A stretch of 64,000 nucleotides of DNA from Macrostomum lignano (GCA_002269645.1 NIVC01003244.1:97219-161218); one strand, 5' to 3'. Positions 45,892 through 59,900 are shown, counted from the first letter of the stretch. Translations and numbers: made by a program. Notes: a model not told the origin generated them from the sequence alone.

Positions 45892-48458
45892 TCAGTTCCC
45901 TCTGGCGGACTCCTGCTTGTAGCGCTTATAGAATCGGCAGATATCGTCGTGGCCGGCATTGGTAACCACCAGAATCATTCGATCATCAACGCTATGCAAC
46001 AGCACGCCGCAATCGGACGCGTACGACTTCACCGCTTGATAATCGCGTTTATTAGCAAACTTTTCGTACAGAACGCTGTCAGTGAAAGTGAACCGATTGC
46101 GCTCGCGTTCCCATAGCAACATCTGGTCGCACACTGTGGGCGGTAGCACGGTTGGCAGCTGTCTCTGCCGCAGCTGCGGGTGCGCGCTGGCGGTCATAAA
46201 AGACAGCAGTTGCCTAGCCGTGATGCCGTGAGACAGGGCGTCAGCCACGCTCTGGCGGGTGATGTGACCGCAGAATAGATTGGGAAATCGGTACAGCGGC
46301 TGGGTGAATAGGGCAACCAGAGCTACCTGCAGTGACAGAGGCATTTTACGTCGTATTGTACTCGTAAAATTAAATAATTAAATAACTGCAACTTTGACAA
46401 ATTGTGCAAACATGTCAACAAGTGGATTTTGACTTTTAAGCTGGATCCTTAGCTAGATCATTAGCTAGACCATTAGCTGGATCCTTAGCTAGATCATTAA
46501 CTGGATCTTTAGCTATATCATTAGCTAGACCATTAGCTGGATCATTAGCTAGATGATTAGCTAGATCATTTACTAGATAATTCCCTAGATCATTAGCTAG
46601 ATCATTTACTAGATATTCACTATATCATTAGCTGAATCATTTACTAGATCATTAACTGGATCAATAGCTAGATCATTCACTAGATCATTGGCTAGATAAT
46701 TCAGTAGATAATTAGCTAGATAATTCACTACATCATTTACTAGATCATTATCTAGATAATTCACATCATTTACTTCGGGTGTGTCATAAATAATGTAGGC
46801 CCATGAACTTGTGGGTAGTGTAGCTGCAAAGTATACTTAGTGAAGCAATAGCAGTGCATTTGAGACGTGCATAGGTGTTTATGGCCCAAGGTATCGCAAG
46901 AATACGCCAAGCAGATTTAGCAAGTGCAACGCGATGAAAAATTGTCCATGCAGCGAACAAAAATCATCATGAATCTCGACAAGACGCCTGCACCTAGCAG
47001 ATCCGCAAGGTGTTTAGCAGCCGGGGCTTGAATGACATCCTAAACTGCCTGGTTGCTGAGGATGAAAGCTGGCTCCACCTGGATGGCAAGGGCAGCAAGG
47101 CAGACAATCGCTGCTGGTTGGGAGCTGGGGACTTCAGGCCGATGGTGACTAGGAAGTCCATCTCGGACAAGAAGACCATGCTGCTGGTAGCCTTCACGCC
47201 AAACAAACGAGTCTCCATCTGCACAACTTCACCGAACACCAAGGTCGATGGCCAGTACTTTATCGACTTTTTCCGGCACACTGGGGACCTCTGGTGCACT
47301 CTCCGGTCAAATCCATGTCACCTGGACGAGGTTCTGTGGCAGATGGACACCGCACGGCTGCACACCTGAAGGCTGTTTCGAATTTTCTGCCTGCACAGCA
47401 AGTGAATATTCTCTGACAGTCCCTACAGCCCAGACTTCAACTTTTGCAAGAGATTCCTGTTCAAATGGCTGAAGGCTGACTTTTCCAAGAAGAGTTTCGC
47501 AAACCATGAAGAGGTCAAACAGGCTGCGTTGCACTGGTTATGGCAGTTGGAGGAAAAACACCTGCAGGCTGAGGTGGACAAGCTGTATGAGCACTGCCAG
47601 AGGGTGATTGATATTGGGGGACTCTATGTTGTTGAGTGGTACAGTTTTGTTCATCTGCGATTGCAAGTTCGTCTGTTTTCACATCAGTGACATTACTTAT
47701 GACACACCCGAAGTACTAGATCATTAACTAGATCACTAGCTACATCATTAGCTACATCATTAGCTAGATAATTCACTAGATTCTCAGAGAGTTCAGCGTC
47801 AATCTGTTTATTGTTGTCCATAACAATGGCACTGGTTTATTAATATTAGAAAAAGATTAAACAAATCCTACACACACCTGAAGTGGAGAATTAGTAAATG
47901 CGAACACCCGGAAGTTTGTCTCAACAATTAGATAACCTCCGTCACCACCGCCGCTACCGTCAGCACTTCCGGTAGAATCGGCCAGTCCCAGCCGACCGGA
48001 AGTGGCTCTGGTAGCCAGCCTAGTCGGGTAGAATCTGCCCGGATAGCGTTTGCGCCAATACACCAGGCCGAGAGCGCGGCAGTGCCGCAGGCAGGACTGC
48101 TGGCTGGGACTGGGCAGGCAGGCTGTTGGATAGCTGCGGCCCAGGGTGGCCGAGCTCAGCTGGAACAACAGGTTGATGGCTTCGGACAGGTCAATGCCTG
48201 CCATCTTGCCCGAGCCTTTTTGCACTGCGCGTAGAAAATGTACTACTATGGTTTGCACCTGCGGTTCGAGCGAGGGTACAGGGTGGGTTCGAGTCACATT
48301 CGAAGCGTCTGGTTAGCTGACGAGGAAAGCCACTGGTATTGACAGGTAGGGCATAAAGCTGAATTAGCACAAAAAAGGCAGATGTCAGATTGATATAGAG
48401 GGAAACAGACAGACAGGCAGACAGACAGACAGACAGGCAGGCAGACAGACAGGCAGGC

Positions 48459-48511
<53 letters not shown>

Positions 48512-48522
48512 GGCAGGCAGAA

Positions 48523-48567
<45 letters not shown>

Positions 48568-48602
48568 GGCAGACAGACAGAAAAACAGACAGGCAGGCAG
48601 AA

Positions 48603-48679
<77 letters not shown>

Positions 48680-48690
48680 GGCAGGCAGAA

Positions 48691-48735
<45 letters not shown>

Positions 48736-48770
48736 GGCAGACAGACAGAAAAACAGACAGGCAGGCAGAA

Positions 48771-48819
<49 letters not shown>

Positions 48820-48854
48820 GGCAGACAGACAGAAAAACAGACAGGCAGGCAGAA

Positions 48855-48919
<65 letters not shown>

Positions 48920-48930
48920 GGCAGGCAGAA

Positions 48931-48975
<45 letters not shown>

Positions 48976-49010
48976 GGCAGACAGACAGAAAAACAGACAG
49001 GCAGGCAGAA

Positions 49011-49063
<53 letters not shown>

Positions 49064-50935
49064 GGCAGACAGACAGAAAAACAGACAGGCAGGCAGAAAG
49101 ACAGACAGACAGACAGACAGACACCCACCTGAGTGGCCTGATCCAAAAGCAGGAACCGGAAGCCGCTTTCGCCGACTGTGAAGCCACCGCCGCCGCCGCC
49201 CTCGCCGTCGTCATCCTCGTCGTCATCTTCATCGCTGCCGCTGCCGCGACTTCCGCCGCCGCCGCCACCGCCGGGCACGCACAGTCCGGAGTCCACTAGG
49301 AGCTGTTCAACAGCTTTGCTAACTTTTCCCCGTTCAAGTTCGCGCGAGTTCACCATGAACTGCAGCAGAGAGTCCCAGTGCTCTTTGGCGAACTGGTCCA
49401 ACTGTTCGATGCTGCGACCTCCTTTGTCACTGCCAGCCGAATCTACTGAGCCGGTTTCGTACCAGGCCTGGCCGCCGCCTTGCAGTCCGCGACGGAGGCT
49501 CTCCTGGGATAGTTTGAGAGAATTTGTTTAGAAAGTACAGCCTGTTTTTTGTCAGACGGAGGCGTATAGTTCATTTATTAGAAAGTAAATACAGATGCTA
49601 CAGATTTTGCTAAAGAAAAGGCGCCAGCTACAGAGGGGGTGGCGGAGGAGGCGGCAGCTACAGATGAGGCGCAAGCTACAGAGATGAGGCGCCAGCTACA
49701 GATGAGGCGCCAGCTACAGATGAGGCGCAAGCTACAGAGATGAGGCGCCAGCTACAGATGAGGCGCCAGCTACAGATGAGGCGCAAGCTACAGAGATGAG
49801 GCGCCAGCTACAGATGAGGCGCCAGCTACAGATGAGGCGCCAGCTACAGATGAGGCGCAAGCTACAGAGATGAGGCGCCCGCTACAGAAGAGGCGGCAGC
49901 TACAGATGAGGCGCAAGCTACAGAGATGAGGCGCCAGCTACAGAAGAGGCGCCAGCTACAGATGAGGCGCCAGCTACAGAGATGAGGCGCCAGCTACAGA
50001 GGGGGTCAGGGGTGGTGGCAGCTACAGAAGAGGCGCCAGCTACAGATGAGGCGCAAGCTACAGAGATGAGGCGCCAGCTACAGAGATGACGCGCCAGCTA
50101 CAGATGAGGCGCCAGCTACAGATGAGGCGCAAGCTACAGAGATGAGGCGCCAGCTACAGAGATGAGGCGCCAGCTACAGATGAGGCGCCAGCTACAGATG
50201 AGGCGCCAGCTACAGATGAGGCGCAAGCTACAGAGATGAGATGCCAGCTACAGATGAGGCGCAAGCTACAGAGATGAGGCGCCAGCTACAGAGATGATGC
50301 GCCAGCTACAGATGAGGCGCAAGCTACAGATGAGACGCCAGCTACAGACGAGGCGCCAGCTACAGAGATGAGGCGCCAGCTACAGAAGAGGCGCCAGCTA
50401 CAGATGAGGCGCCAGCTACAGAGATGAGGCCCCAGCTACAGAGATGAGGCGCCAGCTACAGTTGAGGCGCCAGCTACAAAGATCTCTGTGACGAGTCATT
50501 AAATTTGGTAAATTTGGTAAGTAAGCAACTAAGTAAGCTTTAGTAGAACTGACCTGAAATTCTGGTTTTATCCGATAACTGGCCATCCCACCAGCAGCGT
50601 CAACTGATTCCAATATTCTAAGCCGTTCAAGCACTTTTAAAGCCTCCGGCAGTTCAGACTGCTGGGCCTCTTTAGTAAACCAGGCCAATACCACTTTCTT
50701 GGGTATTACAGATGGAATAAAAAGCAGTCGGACAAGCAGGTGCTTGCCTAGCGTTGGGAGCTCACTAAAAATGCCAATTAATAAACAGTATTTTATAAAC
50801 TGCAATTTTTTTTACAAAAAAATGAATACAATTACCATACCTGAACAAACTTGTAACTGTGTAAGAATTGCTGTAAATCTTGTTAATAACTGTCAAGTCC
50901 AGCGAGGACAAAAACTCAAACATAGCCTTCACCAT
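45892..50935 (-). CDS. GTF2H4: General transcription factor IIH subunit 4 (p52/Tfb2), 5 exons
   Basis: Exons 50935-50841, 50764-50554, 49503-49129, 48258-47878 and 46326-45892, with consistent phases (2,0,0,0). Motifs ELPTLGKHLLVRLLF, LDQFAKEHW, GFRFLLLD, FYPTRLA, GYLIVETNFRVFAFT, LYRFPNL, GITARQLLSF, VLPPTVCDQMLLWERERNR. Confidence 0.96.
46436..47782. repeat. Degenerate 12-bp array (ATTAGCTAGATC)n in GTF2H4 intron 4, split by the mariner element
   Basis: Units at 46436-46772 and 47714-47782. Confidence 0.85.
46773..47713 (+). mobile_element. Internally deleted Tc1/mariner DNA transposon
   Basis: 24-bp TIRs CTTCGGGTGTGTCATAA(A/G)TAATGT (1 mismatch) with TA TSDs. Transposase remnant AEDESW...KKTML.VAF...MDTARLH...PYSPDF...GG.YV, with a stop and frameshifts. 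Confidence 0.92.
48405..49122. repeat. (CAGA)n compound microsatellite with higher-order blocks, GTF2H4 intron 3
   Basis: Direct; begins a few nt after the exon 3 donor. Confidence 0.97.
49620..50480. repeat. 18/20-bp minisatellite (GAGGCG(C/-)(C/A)AGCTACAGA[GA]T), GTF2H4 intron 2
   Basis: More than 40 units. Confidence 0.95.
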
Positions 50936-52399
50936 AGCAACTGATTGGCATGAAATAATAAGCATTGGAATGTGCATTGATGCAAAGTAAAATGAAGTTT
51001 CTTTAAAAAATAGTTTTATAGATCAATGACAATCAATCAATCAACATTTTGTGACAACATAGCTTTGCTTAGCATGCAATTTAAATCTTATTTCCTATTA
51101 GCCTCATCAATCATCATAAGGCTCTCTTTTGATTTGTTTGTTTTTTAATTACTTATAAGTTCATTACTCTTTTTTTATTTTTCTTCACTTTTAGGCATAG
51201 GCCTAACATGCTTAGGCACAACCTAGGGATTAACCTGGCCATATGAGGCCTAACATAATTAGATATAAAAACCTTCTTACTTGTATATATTTCTATACTC
51301 TAAATAGATTAATACTACAGGTCTACTTGGATCTTGTTTTGTTTCTAATTTCAATTTCTTAAATATCAATAATTGCATAAATAACTTATTGATTAAATTG
51401 GTATTTACTATAGATTATTTTCCATTTTTATTAGCTAAGGCCTAAACAAATAGAGTATTCAGTTTATTTGCAAGGATCAATCAAGCTTTATCTTTTCTCT
51501 ATAAAATATATTGTCTTTAGTTTTAAATGGTATAAATGGAAAATAGTATCCAATATATTTCAATATATCAATAATTTTAGCTTCAAACAGTAGTTTTTAC
51601 CTTGTCAGATGCCTTTTGTCCACTTATTTCAATAGGGCAGTTGATTATCAAATTATATAGTTTATCAATAGAAAAATAATAGATTCATTAGGTCCTTTAT
51701 AATAGATAGACATTATAGCTTTAGTTCTTAGATAAAAGCTAAGCTAAAACAAAAACATTTGTTTTACTACCCTTCTTTTATGCAATATTCATAAGCCTCT
51801 AGCCTAGTAAATGCATCATATTATAAAACAAAAGTAATTAGTTGTTTACCTTAAACCATTTTATCGTAGACTTTTCCTAGACTACTTTGCACCTAAAACA
51901 AATTTAGTCATAAATATTAATAGTTACTTTTATAGCCTTTTTTTCATTGTATATTTTTAACTAAGTTCTATGACTAACTAAGAAATTGACTATATCATAA
52001 CTTCTTTAATCAACTTGATTTAAAATGATTCTAAATCAAAATATATAGTATAATTTATAAATGATATAATCAGGAAGGCAGTAGATTTCATTGAATTTTC
52101 TGGTACAAATAGGCTTTTTTCTAGCATACTTGGTATATTTGGCATATTCAGTATAGAAATAGGCCTAATATTAACAATAAAATTATGTAAAAAAATTTAA
52201 TTATAGTAACTTTTACAACAATCATTCATTTTATTATAAACATGAAAGTTTGCTCAAAGTTTAAGTTTAAGTTTAATTCAATTTGAATGAAAACAAAGCG
52301 ATTGCAAGTGATTGAGTCTAGGAATAACATTGATAGTATAAGTTATAAACAGATTTTTAAAGTTTGTTTTTGGGATATTGACGCCAACCAAAAAGGCAC

Positions 52400-52835
52400 C
52401 AAATGCCAATGATCTTGCCCTGCTGTCCTTGACCATCAAGGGTGCCCAAAGCCAGCTGGACTAGCTAGTGAGCATTGTGGCAAGCATTGGCCTGGTGGTC
52501 AACATGCAGAAGACCATTGTGCTTTGTGCACTGGACAACATCAAGGCTGCAATTTTCTTCCCAACAAGACAGAAGACAAAGCTTCCATGTTGTCAGCAGT
52601 CTGTCTACCTTGGCAGTCTGGTACCTGACATTTGCGAGGACCTATGATGTTGCCATAGACTTGCCTAGGCTGCCTTCTGTTCCACGAGGGTTGTCCTACA
52701 GTCTGAGGCCCTGTCTACTACTAGAGACTATTGGTTCAGGCAGTGATCAAGACCATCCTATTGTACAATGCCGAGACCTGGACACTGATGGATTTGCTTG
52801 AACAGATGATTGATGTAGTGCACACTGGCCTGCTG
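52400..52835 (+). mobile_element. Decayed RTE-clade LINE fragment (RT C-terminal part)
   Basis: Translates across frameshifts as A(N)DLALLS..GAQSQLD*L...IGLVVN..KT...VYLGS...AVIKTILLYNAETWTL..LLEQMIDVVHTGLL, resembling RTE YADD...YLGS...LLYG.ETWTL. Confidence 0.75.
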
Positions 52836-53255
52836 TTTTGTGCAGTTTTTTTGTTGTATATTCCAATGTAGGGGCCTATACTCAACATGATCTAAGAGTA
52901 TGGAATATAGGTCCTATACTCCCAAATATGCTATTTTTTGGGGACATTCTTGTATGCAATAAGGTCCCACTTTAGGCAATCTAGTACTGCCTGCATTGCA
53001 TGCATTAAGGAGTTAGCAAAGTTTTTTGGTATGTTTGTGTAATAGTGCTATATATAAAAATTACAAATACATGCCAAATATAGCTCTATAGTCAAAGCTA
53101 TTTAGTAGCTATGCCATATAAAATTTTTAGTACTTTTAAAACATGAGATGATACTTATCATTTTTGATTGATTTTTTTTTAATTTGATTTTAATATACAT
53201 TGTTAATTTAATAGCCTAACTGAAAAGCAAAGAAATACATTTATTTAAAAGGCCA

Positions 53256-53704
53256 TAGTCAGGAAGGTGGCCTTTGCCATGGAAAATTTCTGCACACACA
53301 AGGGGTCCTCAGTGCACTTGGCACACAATCATGGTGTACACTGAGGTCCTTCGCGCATATGGCGCACAATCATGATGCACACGGCACACTGAGATCCCTA
53401 GCGCATGCGGCGCATAATTGTAGCATATAAGGTCCCTGACATATGCAATGTTATGCATAACTTTGATACATAAGGAATCAGAATAGAATCTTTATTAGCA
53501 TAAAACCAGTGTAGCATATTGAGTCTGTATGAATTCTAAAAATTTTGTAAATTTGTTATAATATATATAATTTATGTAAATTATGTAAATTACATAAAAT
53601 AAAGGCATAGACATAGCACATAGATGGTGTACAAATGGCGCATAGATGGCACAGAGTTTGTCTCAAAAAATTTATTCTGGCGCACACTGCCACTTTCCTG
53701 ACTG
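53256..53704. mobile_element. Possible old MITE
   Basis: Imperfect TIRs TAGTCAGGAAGGTGGC / GCCACTTTCCTGACTG and internal GCACAC/GGCGCA repeats. No TSD found. Confidence 0.4.
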
Positions 53705-56700
53705 GATTTAACGTAGCAAAAAGGGAAGCATTTCAATAAGCATTGTTAATTTATAACTTATATAAATTTGGTAGATTTGGTCCAACTTTCCTGTACCCTG
53801 TATGCATGCAGAGCAAAAAAATATTGCATGTATGGTAGGCCCTACATACTTGGGACTATAATATAGGCCTAAGATTAGCTTAATATACATAATACAAATA
53901 TAATTATAATATATTTTTTGTATATTATATAGGCCTAATGAGTTTTATAATGGCCAAAAGAGCCTATGCTATGGCTAGACCTAGCCCTAGGCCTATAGGA
54001 GTATAGCTAGGCCTAAACTAGCTTATGGGCCAAATGGTCTGGTTTACATAAAAAATTAAAAATGTATATAGTTAAAATGGTTTGTGGCAAAACAACCAGA
54101 ATTTAAATAAGAGCAAAATTAATTGTTAGTAGTAGTACTACTTGTATAATTGAGATACTTCTATTGTATTTCTTTCTATAGAATTTTTATTAACTAGGCT
54201 AGGGGCCTAGCCAATGAAATGAATGGCAAGAAACAAGTTGACTAGCTGGCTGGGGTTGTATGAAATTTATTGCTCTAATTTGCATTAAAATACAGTTCAT
54301 ATACATTTTACCAGTTTTTTTCAATTTAAAGCATTTAAAGCAAAGTATAGGCTTAACATGCATAGGTAATGCGTAGCTTCTGCTTATACAACATTGCAGA
54401 ATCAGTAGTAACTACCCCTACTAACTTAGTAACTTGCTTAGGCCTACTGTCTGTTAGTGTTAATTGAGTAGACAATTAAAGCAAGGCAGCTTGTACACAG
54501 TTAGGCAGTTTTTTGAGAAAAATAGGGCTATAGGTGTACAGTATATCGTTATTGTTCCAAATGTTCAATAGATTGACATGAATATCCAATCTAACTCAGA
54601 AATTGACAATTGAGTAATAAATAACTCATGCCAAATTTGTTTTAGGATAAAATTGTTATAAAATATAACACAATCTCCGTCTTAAAATTAAATGTGTCTA
54701 TCTATTTTCTATGAAGCTGCTAGTAACGTTAAAACAATTTTGTACTAGACTTATAAATAATCGACAGATATAGTAGATTTAAAGTTACTTTGGACAAACT
54801 TAACTGTATTTTAGTAAACTTTGTAATAGAAAATAGTCAAATACCATTGTTAGTGATGATGTCATCGATGCTATCGCAGCCCGCTTTATTTTCTTGCAAG
54901 CGTGCGCACGCACGCTCAAAACGGCTTGCAATTTTGACTCTCGCGGCATTTGCTAGCTTTTGGGTGACTAACCATATAGTACAATGGAATATTATTTTCA
55001 CTTTGGCATACTTACTTGGATTACTAAACAAATATTTACCCCATTGGAATTAGCTTTTTACGGCCAAAAATGTTAAGTATGCAGCAGAATAATATTCCTC
55101 TTCTCAATTAGTCATTCCTTTTTGATGCTCTTGATCTTCCTACGCGTAGCCTACTTTAATCTAAATAATAACTGGTCCAGATAGCAAGGTTCCTGACCCC
55201 TATAACCCTTTTTGTTAATATGAATGATGGCAGAATTCGATATATCCACTATCCTTCCTAGGAAAGAAAGAAAACGTACCGAATACATGGACTAAGTAAG
55301 AGCTGCTATAGCTATTATTCACAGACACAATTTAAACCTGCTTCAGCTGTCCCTAGTATCAGGATGTGTATGCAAATTGCGCGTACTGCATACATGTGTA
55401 CACAAGCTGTCCCTGCGTAACAAATTAAGCAACAATCGATCATTAATGGGGTTATTTGGCAGAGCAATTTCTAAAGATACATGTATTTTTTGACGGTTAG
55501 TCAAGTTTAAGCTGTGTGTACTTTTTTTGCTCCAAGGGCAAAATGCAGTCATATATTGGAATATGTAGATAATCGAACGCATAAATAACCGTGCATGTAC
55601 ATGTAGAATTGCTTCAGCAGGCCAAGGGTTTTATGGTATACAGTGCATTTGCATGTAGATTAAAGTGAAGTTCCTAAATAGTGCTGCTCCTATATTACAT
55701 GTACACTGTGATAGATTGTCTTACGAAGCCATAAATTGTTTCGCCGCAGTTGTATGTACTTTATTGTTATTCATTTTTTACGAGCGCGTACGGATTCTTG
55801 CCGCGGCCGGCAAAAAAAGAATACGAGTGTAAAGAAATAAAAAATCGATGCAACATGTACCTATGATATGCACGCGAGGCCTGATCGTAGCCTTCTTCCA
55901 AGTCACATCCGCAACTGATACCGATACTAACATAAACTGTTGCATCGCCATTTTTGGTTCATGCACATCCATCTACATGCGTGTGTGCATGCTGCAGCTA
56001 ATATTGTAGGAGCAGCTGTTGTGCATATAAAGCCCGTCCTCCAACCACTCCAAAGCATTTCGTGCGGCTTTGGGCCTTTCCATCGACAGCACACCGTGAA
56101 GTGAATGGGGGGGCGACTACTGCAAATGGCAAGATGGCTGCACACACTGCGCGCTTTTTCCTTGAAGCCTTGTCAGTGGGCAACCCAATATCGCGGCGTT
56201 GGTGCAGTGCTGGCACACAGTCAGTTGTTTAGCGATGGGAAGATACGAGCTAACCCATATATAGCTTTGAAAAGCGTATTGCAAATACGGCCTGAAGCGT
56301 TTACCAACGAATAGAAGAGTGGAGATTCGGTAGTTTCTGCGCACGGGGTTGACCCGAATAGGGAACGCACTAACAATCGATTTTTCGCTTCTCCATTCCT
56401 GATGCAGCTTCCCCCCCTCTCTCTCTCCGTCTGTGTTTCGTCAAAAATGTGCGCAAAGTCATGGGGGTTAGAATATATTTCCTAGAATGGCCAGCGGATG
56501 CCTTCTATGCTGCATCTACGTGGGCTGAAGGGCCAAGGTTACCGCCATGGTGATCCATTGCGCCTGCACAATCGAGGAAAATGTATGTAATTTGCTCGCT
56601 AGAATGTACGCTTGGGTCTGGGTAGCGGGGGAGTTAAACTTGCAGCAACTTATGGGATGCGGCGAAGGACGTCGCAGAAGGAGGGGGAAAGGAAAGAGAC

Positions 56701-56913
56701 GGAAGAGGTCTAGAGATGAATCGCTGCGAAGGGAGACGGGGGTAAACGATTTAAAAGTCACGTCCCATAGAATTTTTGCTTCCGTGTTCGTACTGTTCGC
56801 AAGGAATATTTGGAATTTGAAAAAGAAATACGATTTCTTTGGTACATCGCACTCAAAGCTTAAGACTCAGAGTGGTACTCAAGTCTACGAGATTCGAACG
56901 AGGTCTCGTTGTC

Positions 56914-59900
56914 ATGCGATTTTTAGGTCCTAGAACAGCAACGCCGTTAGCATTGTCTCTGATGGTGCTGACGCTGATGTTGCAGAGTCTGCTTGTTCCA
57001 ACGGACGCCTTGTCAACTAGCTGCAGCAGTCCCTGGCAGCTCGATCTGGAGGTTCTGTTTAAAGGTGACTCAGCGGCCGGCTCAAGGCGCAGCATGCTAG
57101 GTCTGTCTGACGAAGAGTCCGCCCAGTTGCTCCTGACAACCAGCGGCGACGCGAAACTCGGCCTAAAGTCGTCGGCATCGCTGAACGAGGAGGCTGAAAT
57201 AGCCGCATCAACTGGAAGACTGCCGCGCCATCGCTGGGTCAATCTGACTGTGCGGCTATCCACCAACTCGGATGGCAGCGACACCGTCTGGCTGCTGCTG
57301 GTGGATGGAGTGCCGAGCGCTCGGGCTCCAACAACGACTCCTCCTCTCCTAATCGGCCCACTGAGAGTCACCTGGCTGCTAGGCAAAAATGACACTGGCA
57401 CTGTGGTTAGAAACACCTTCGTAACTTTTGGCTGCAACGCCACACCCGAACGGCTGGTCGGAGGAGCCAATTGGCCCTATTTTGACAACTGCGTTGGCAA
57501 GTCCAATAACTGCCCTGTCGGCTGCGAGTGCCGAGCCACTGACGGCGACAATGTCTGCTCCTGTCCAAAAGCAGCAGGTGAGTTTTGCTTAGTATAGTTA
57601 ATACTATCAGATAGCTGCATCATTAAAGCACTTCTGTCTAAGCTCTAATAAAAGTAAAATTGAGATAATAGCCACCTAGTTTATGACAACTGGCAACAAC
57701 TCTGGAATCTACGACTCTACAAGTTATGACAGTGTCCAGTCGTCACTGAAGGAAAGTTCAAGATTATTCTATCCAGCTTTCATCAGGGCATAGGGCCAAG
57801 AAGATTAGTTTAGTGGGAATTTCTCTCCCCTCCCCCGTTGCTGATAACAGTTGCTGCTATTTAGGAATTGGTTGGGCCCTTATCAGTGCGAGGTTGTGAA
57901 CGTTTATGACCTCAGCTGGGTTGCATGAGTGGGGATTAGTGTTGGAGCGGAGTGGACGCGAGCGCTGGGTGAAAAGTGGTGAATAGGGATCCCCCTGCAA
58001 CTGACAAGCGAATATCTTTATGCGTACCTTAGATCCCCCTCCAGTGATGACTCATTGTATCCGTTTGGCAAACTGGCTTCATGACGAATGGTCGTCCATT
58101 TTGTCCAATATTCTTTTTCAAAAAAATTTCTTCAAGCATAATCTTGCACATCCTTTTCGTCTGATATGGAATGCCAATCAATAGCACTGGCACTGATTAT
58201 TTCATGGGATTTCATCAGAATTTCATGGGATCTGGAACTCTAATAGCCACAGAATTTCATGGGATCTGGAACTCTAATAGCCACAGAATCTCATGGGATC
58301 TGGAACTCTAATAGCCACAGAATCTCATGGGATCTGGAACTCTAATAGCCACTGGATCTCATGGGACCTGGAACTCTAATAGCCACAGAATCTCATGGGA
58401 CCTGGAACTCTAATAGCCACAGAATCTCATGGGACCTGGAACTCTAATAGCCACAGAATCTCATGGGATCTGGAACTCTAATAGCCACTGGATCTCATGG
58501 GACCTGGAACTCTAATAGCCACAGAATCTCATGGGACCTGGAACTCTAATAGCCACAGAATCTCATGGGATCTGGAACTCTAATAGCCACTGGATCTCAT
58601 GGGACCTGGAACTCTAATAGCCACAGAATCTCATGGGACCTGGAACTCTAATAGCCACAGAATCTCATGGGATCTGGAACTCTAATAGCCACTGGATCTC
58701 ATGGGACCTGGAACTCTAATAGCCACAGAATCTCATAAGACCTGGAACTCTAATAGCCGCAGGATCTCTTAGGATCTGGAACTCTAATAGCCTCTGAATC
58801 TAGTGAAAATTTCATTGCCAATAGAACTGGATATTTTGTGACTTATAGAATTTAATATTGCCTCTGTATATGCAACAACTAACAGCTGGCTATAACAAAA
58901 CTACACGCTCGAGGAGTGCTACAGAAGCAGTTTGAACGAAGAAAGAAAAATCTCTGTGCTGCATTTAGGCAGAGCATCGCAGTTTCGCACAGAATGCGTC
59001 TGTGTGAAAATGTGAGCTGCAAGTTCCAACTATTATAACAACTGCGGTAACTAAGTCTTCATAAGCGTCTGGCTGAACAGAAAACTCTTTGTATAAATTA
59101 TTTATACGCGGCATCTCGGCAAAATTAATAACAGCTTAAAGATTATTACAAAACAACACGTCTTATAACTATAATTTCATCATGCCTTGCGGCCAAATTT
59201 TGGCTTGTGTCGTTTTGTTCGCTGCTGCCGCCAAACCACTGATTATGGATCAAATTTGTAAGTCTTTCACTCGTTGAGGGGGGAGTTGATCTTCCAAGAG
59301 CAACCGGTATATTTCCAGGAATGTCCAGCATCGGAATGTATTGTGAAATTATTGAGTCAGACACGTACTCCTATTAACCTCAAAACCTTCACATCGGTTG
59401 TAATCTTGGCCAACATTCTTGGTCACTTTCACAAGCTAGAAACTGATTAGTTGAATTGGTTTAAATTGTGAACTGACGGAAATGATTAGCAAGACTTTTC
59501 GAGCAGTGAAGTTTCGAGTTTCTGAAACGCCTTAGTTAATGATACATTGGTTCTCCTCAAAACACATTACTGAATCACCAAAACCTTTGAATCACCAAAT
59601 GCTTAACTTTTTTGCAAATTTAAGGGAGTTTAGAATGTACGTGTTTTGTACAAGCAAGATGGTTGTAGCTTATTACTAGTTAGAGCGTAGGACTCACGAC
59701 TGAAATGTCGGGGGTTCGATTCTGGACCCAATCGAAACCATTTGTGTCCTTGAGCAAGACATTTTCCTTGAGCATTGCTTCAGTTCACCCAGCTGTAAAA
59801 TGGGTGCCAGCATTAGCTGTGGTAATTGAGGCTGTGTGTGGCGACCCCCCAGTCCTTGGACTGAACAGCCGTACGCAGCCTTCAGATGCGCCGCGCAATA

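Noticed and set aside
59146-59364. 72-aa minus-strand ORF in the LamG intron
   Set aside because: No recognisable motif or splice context.
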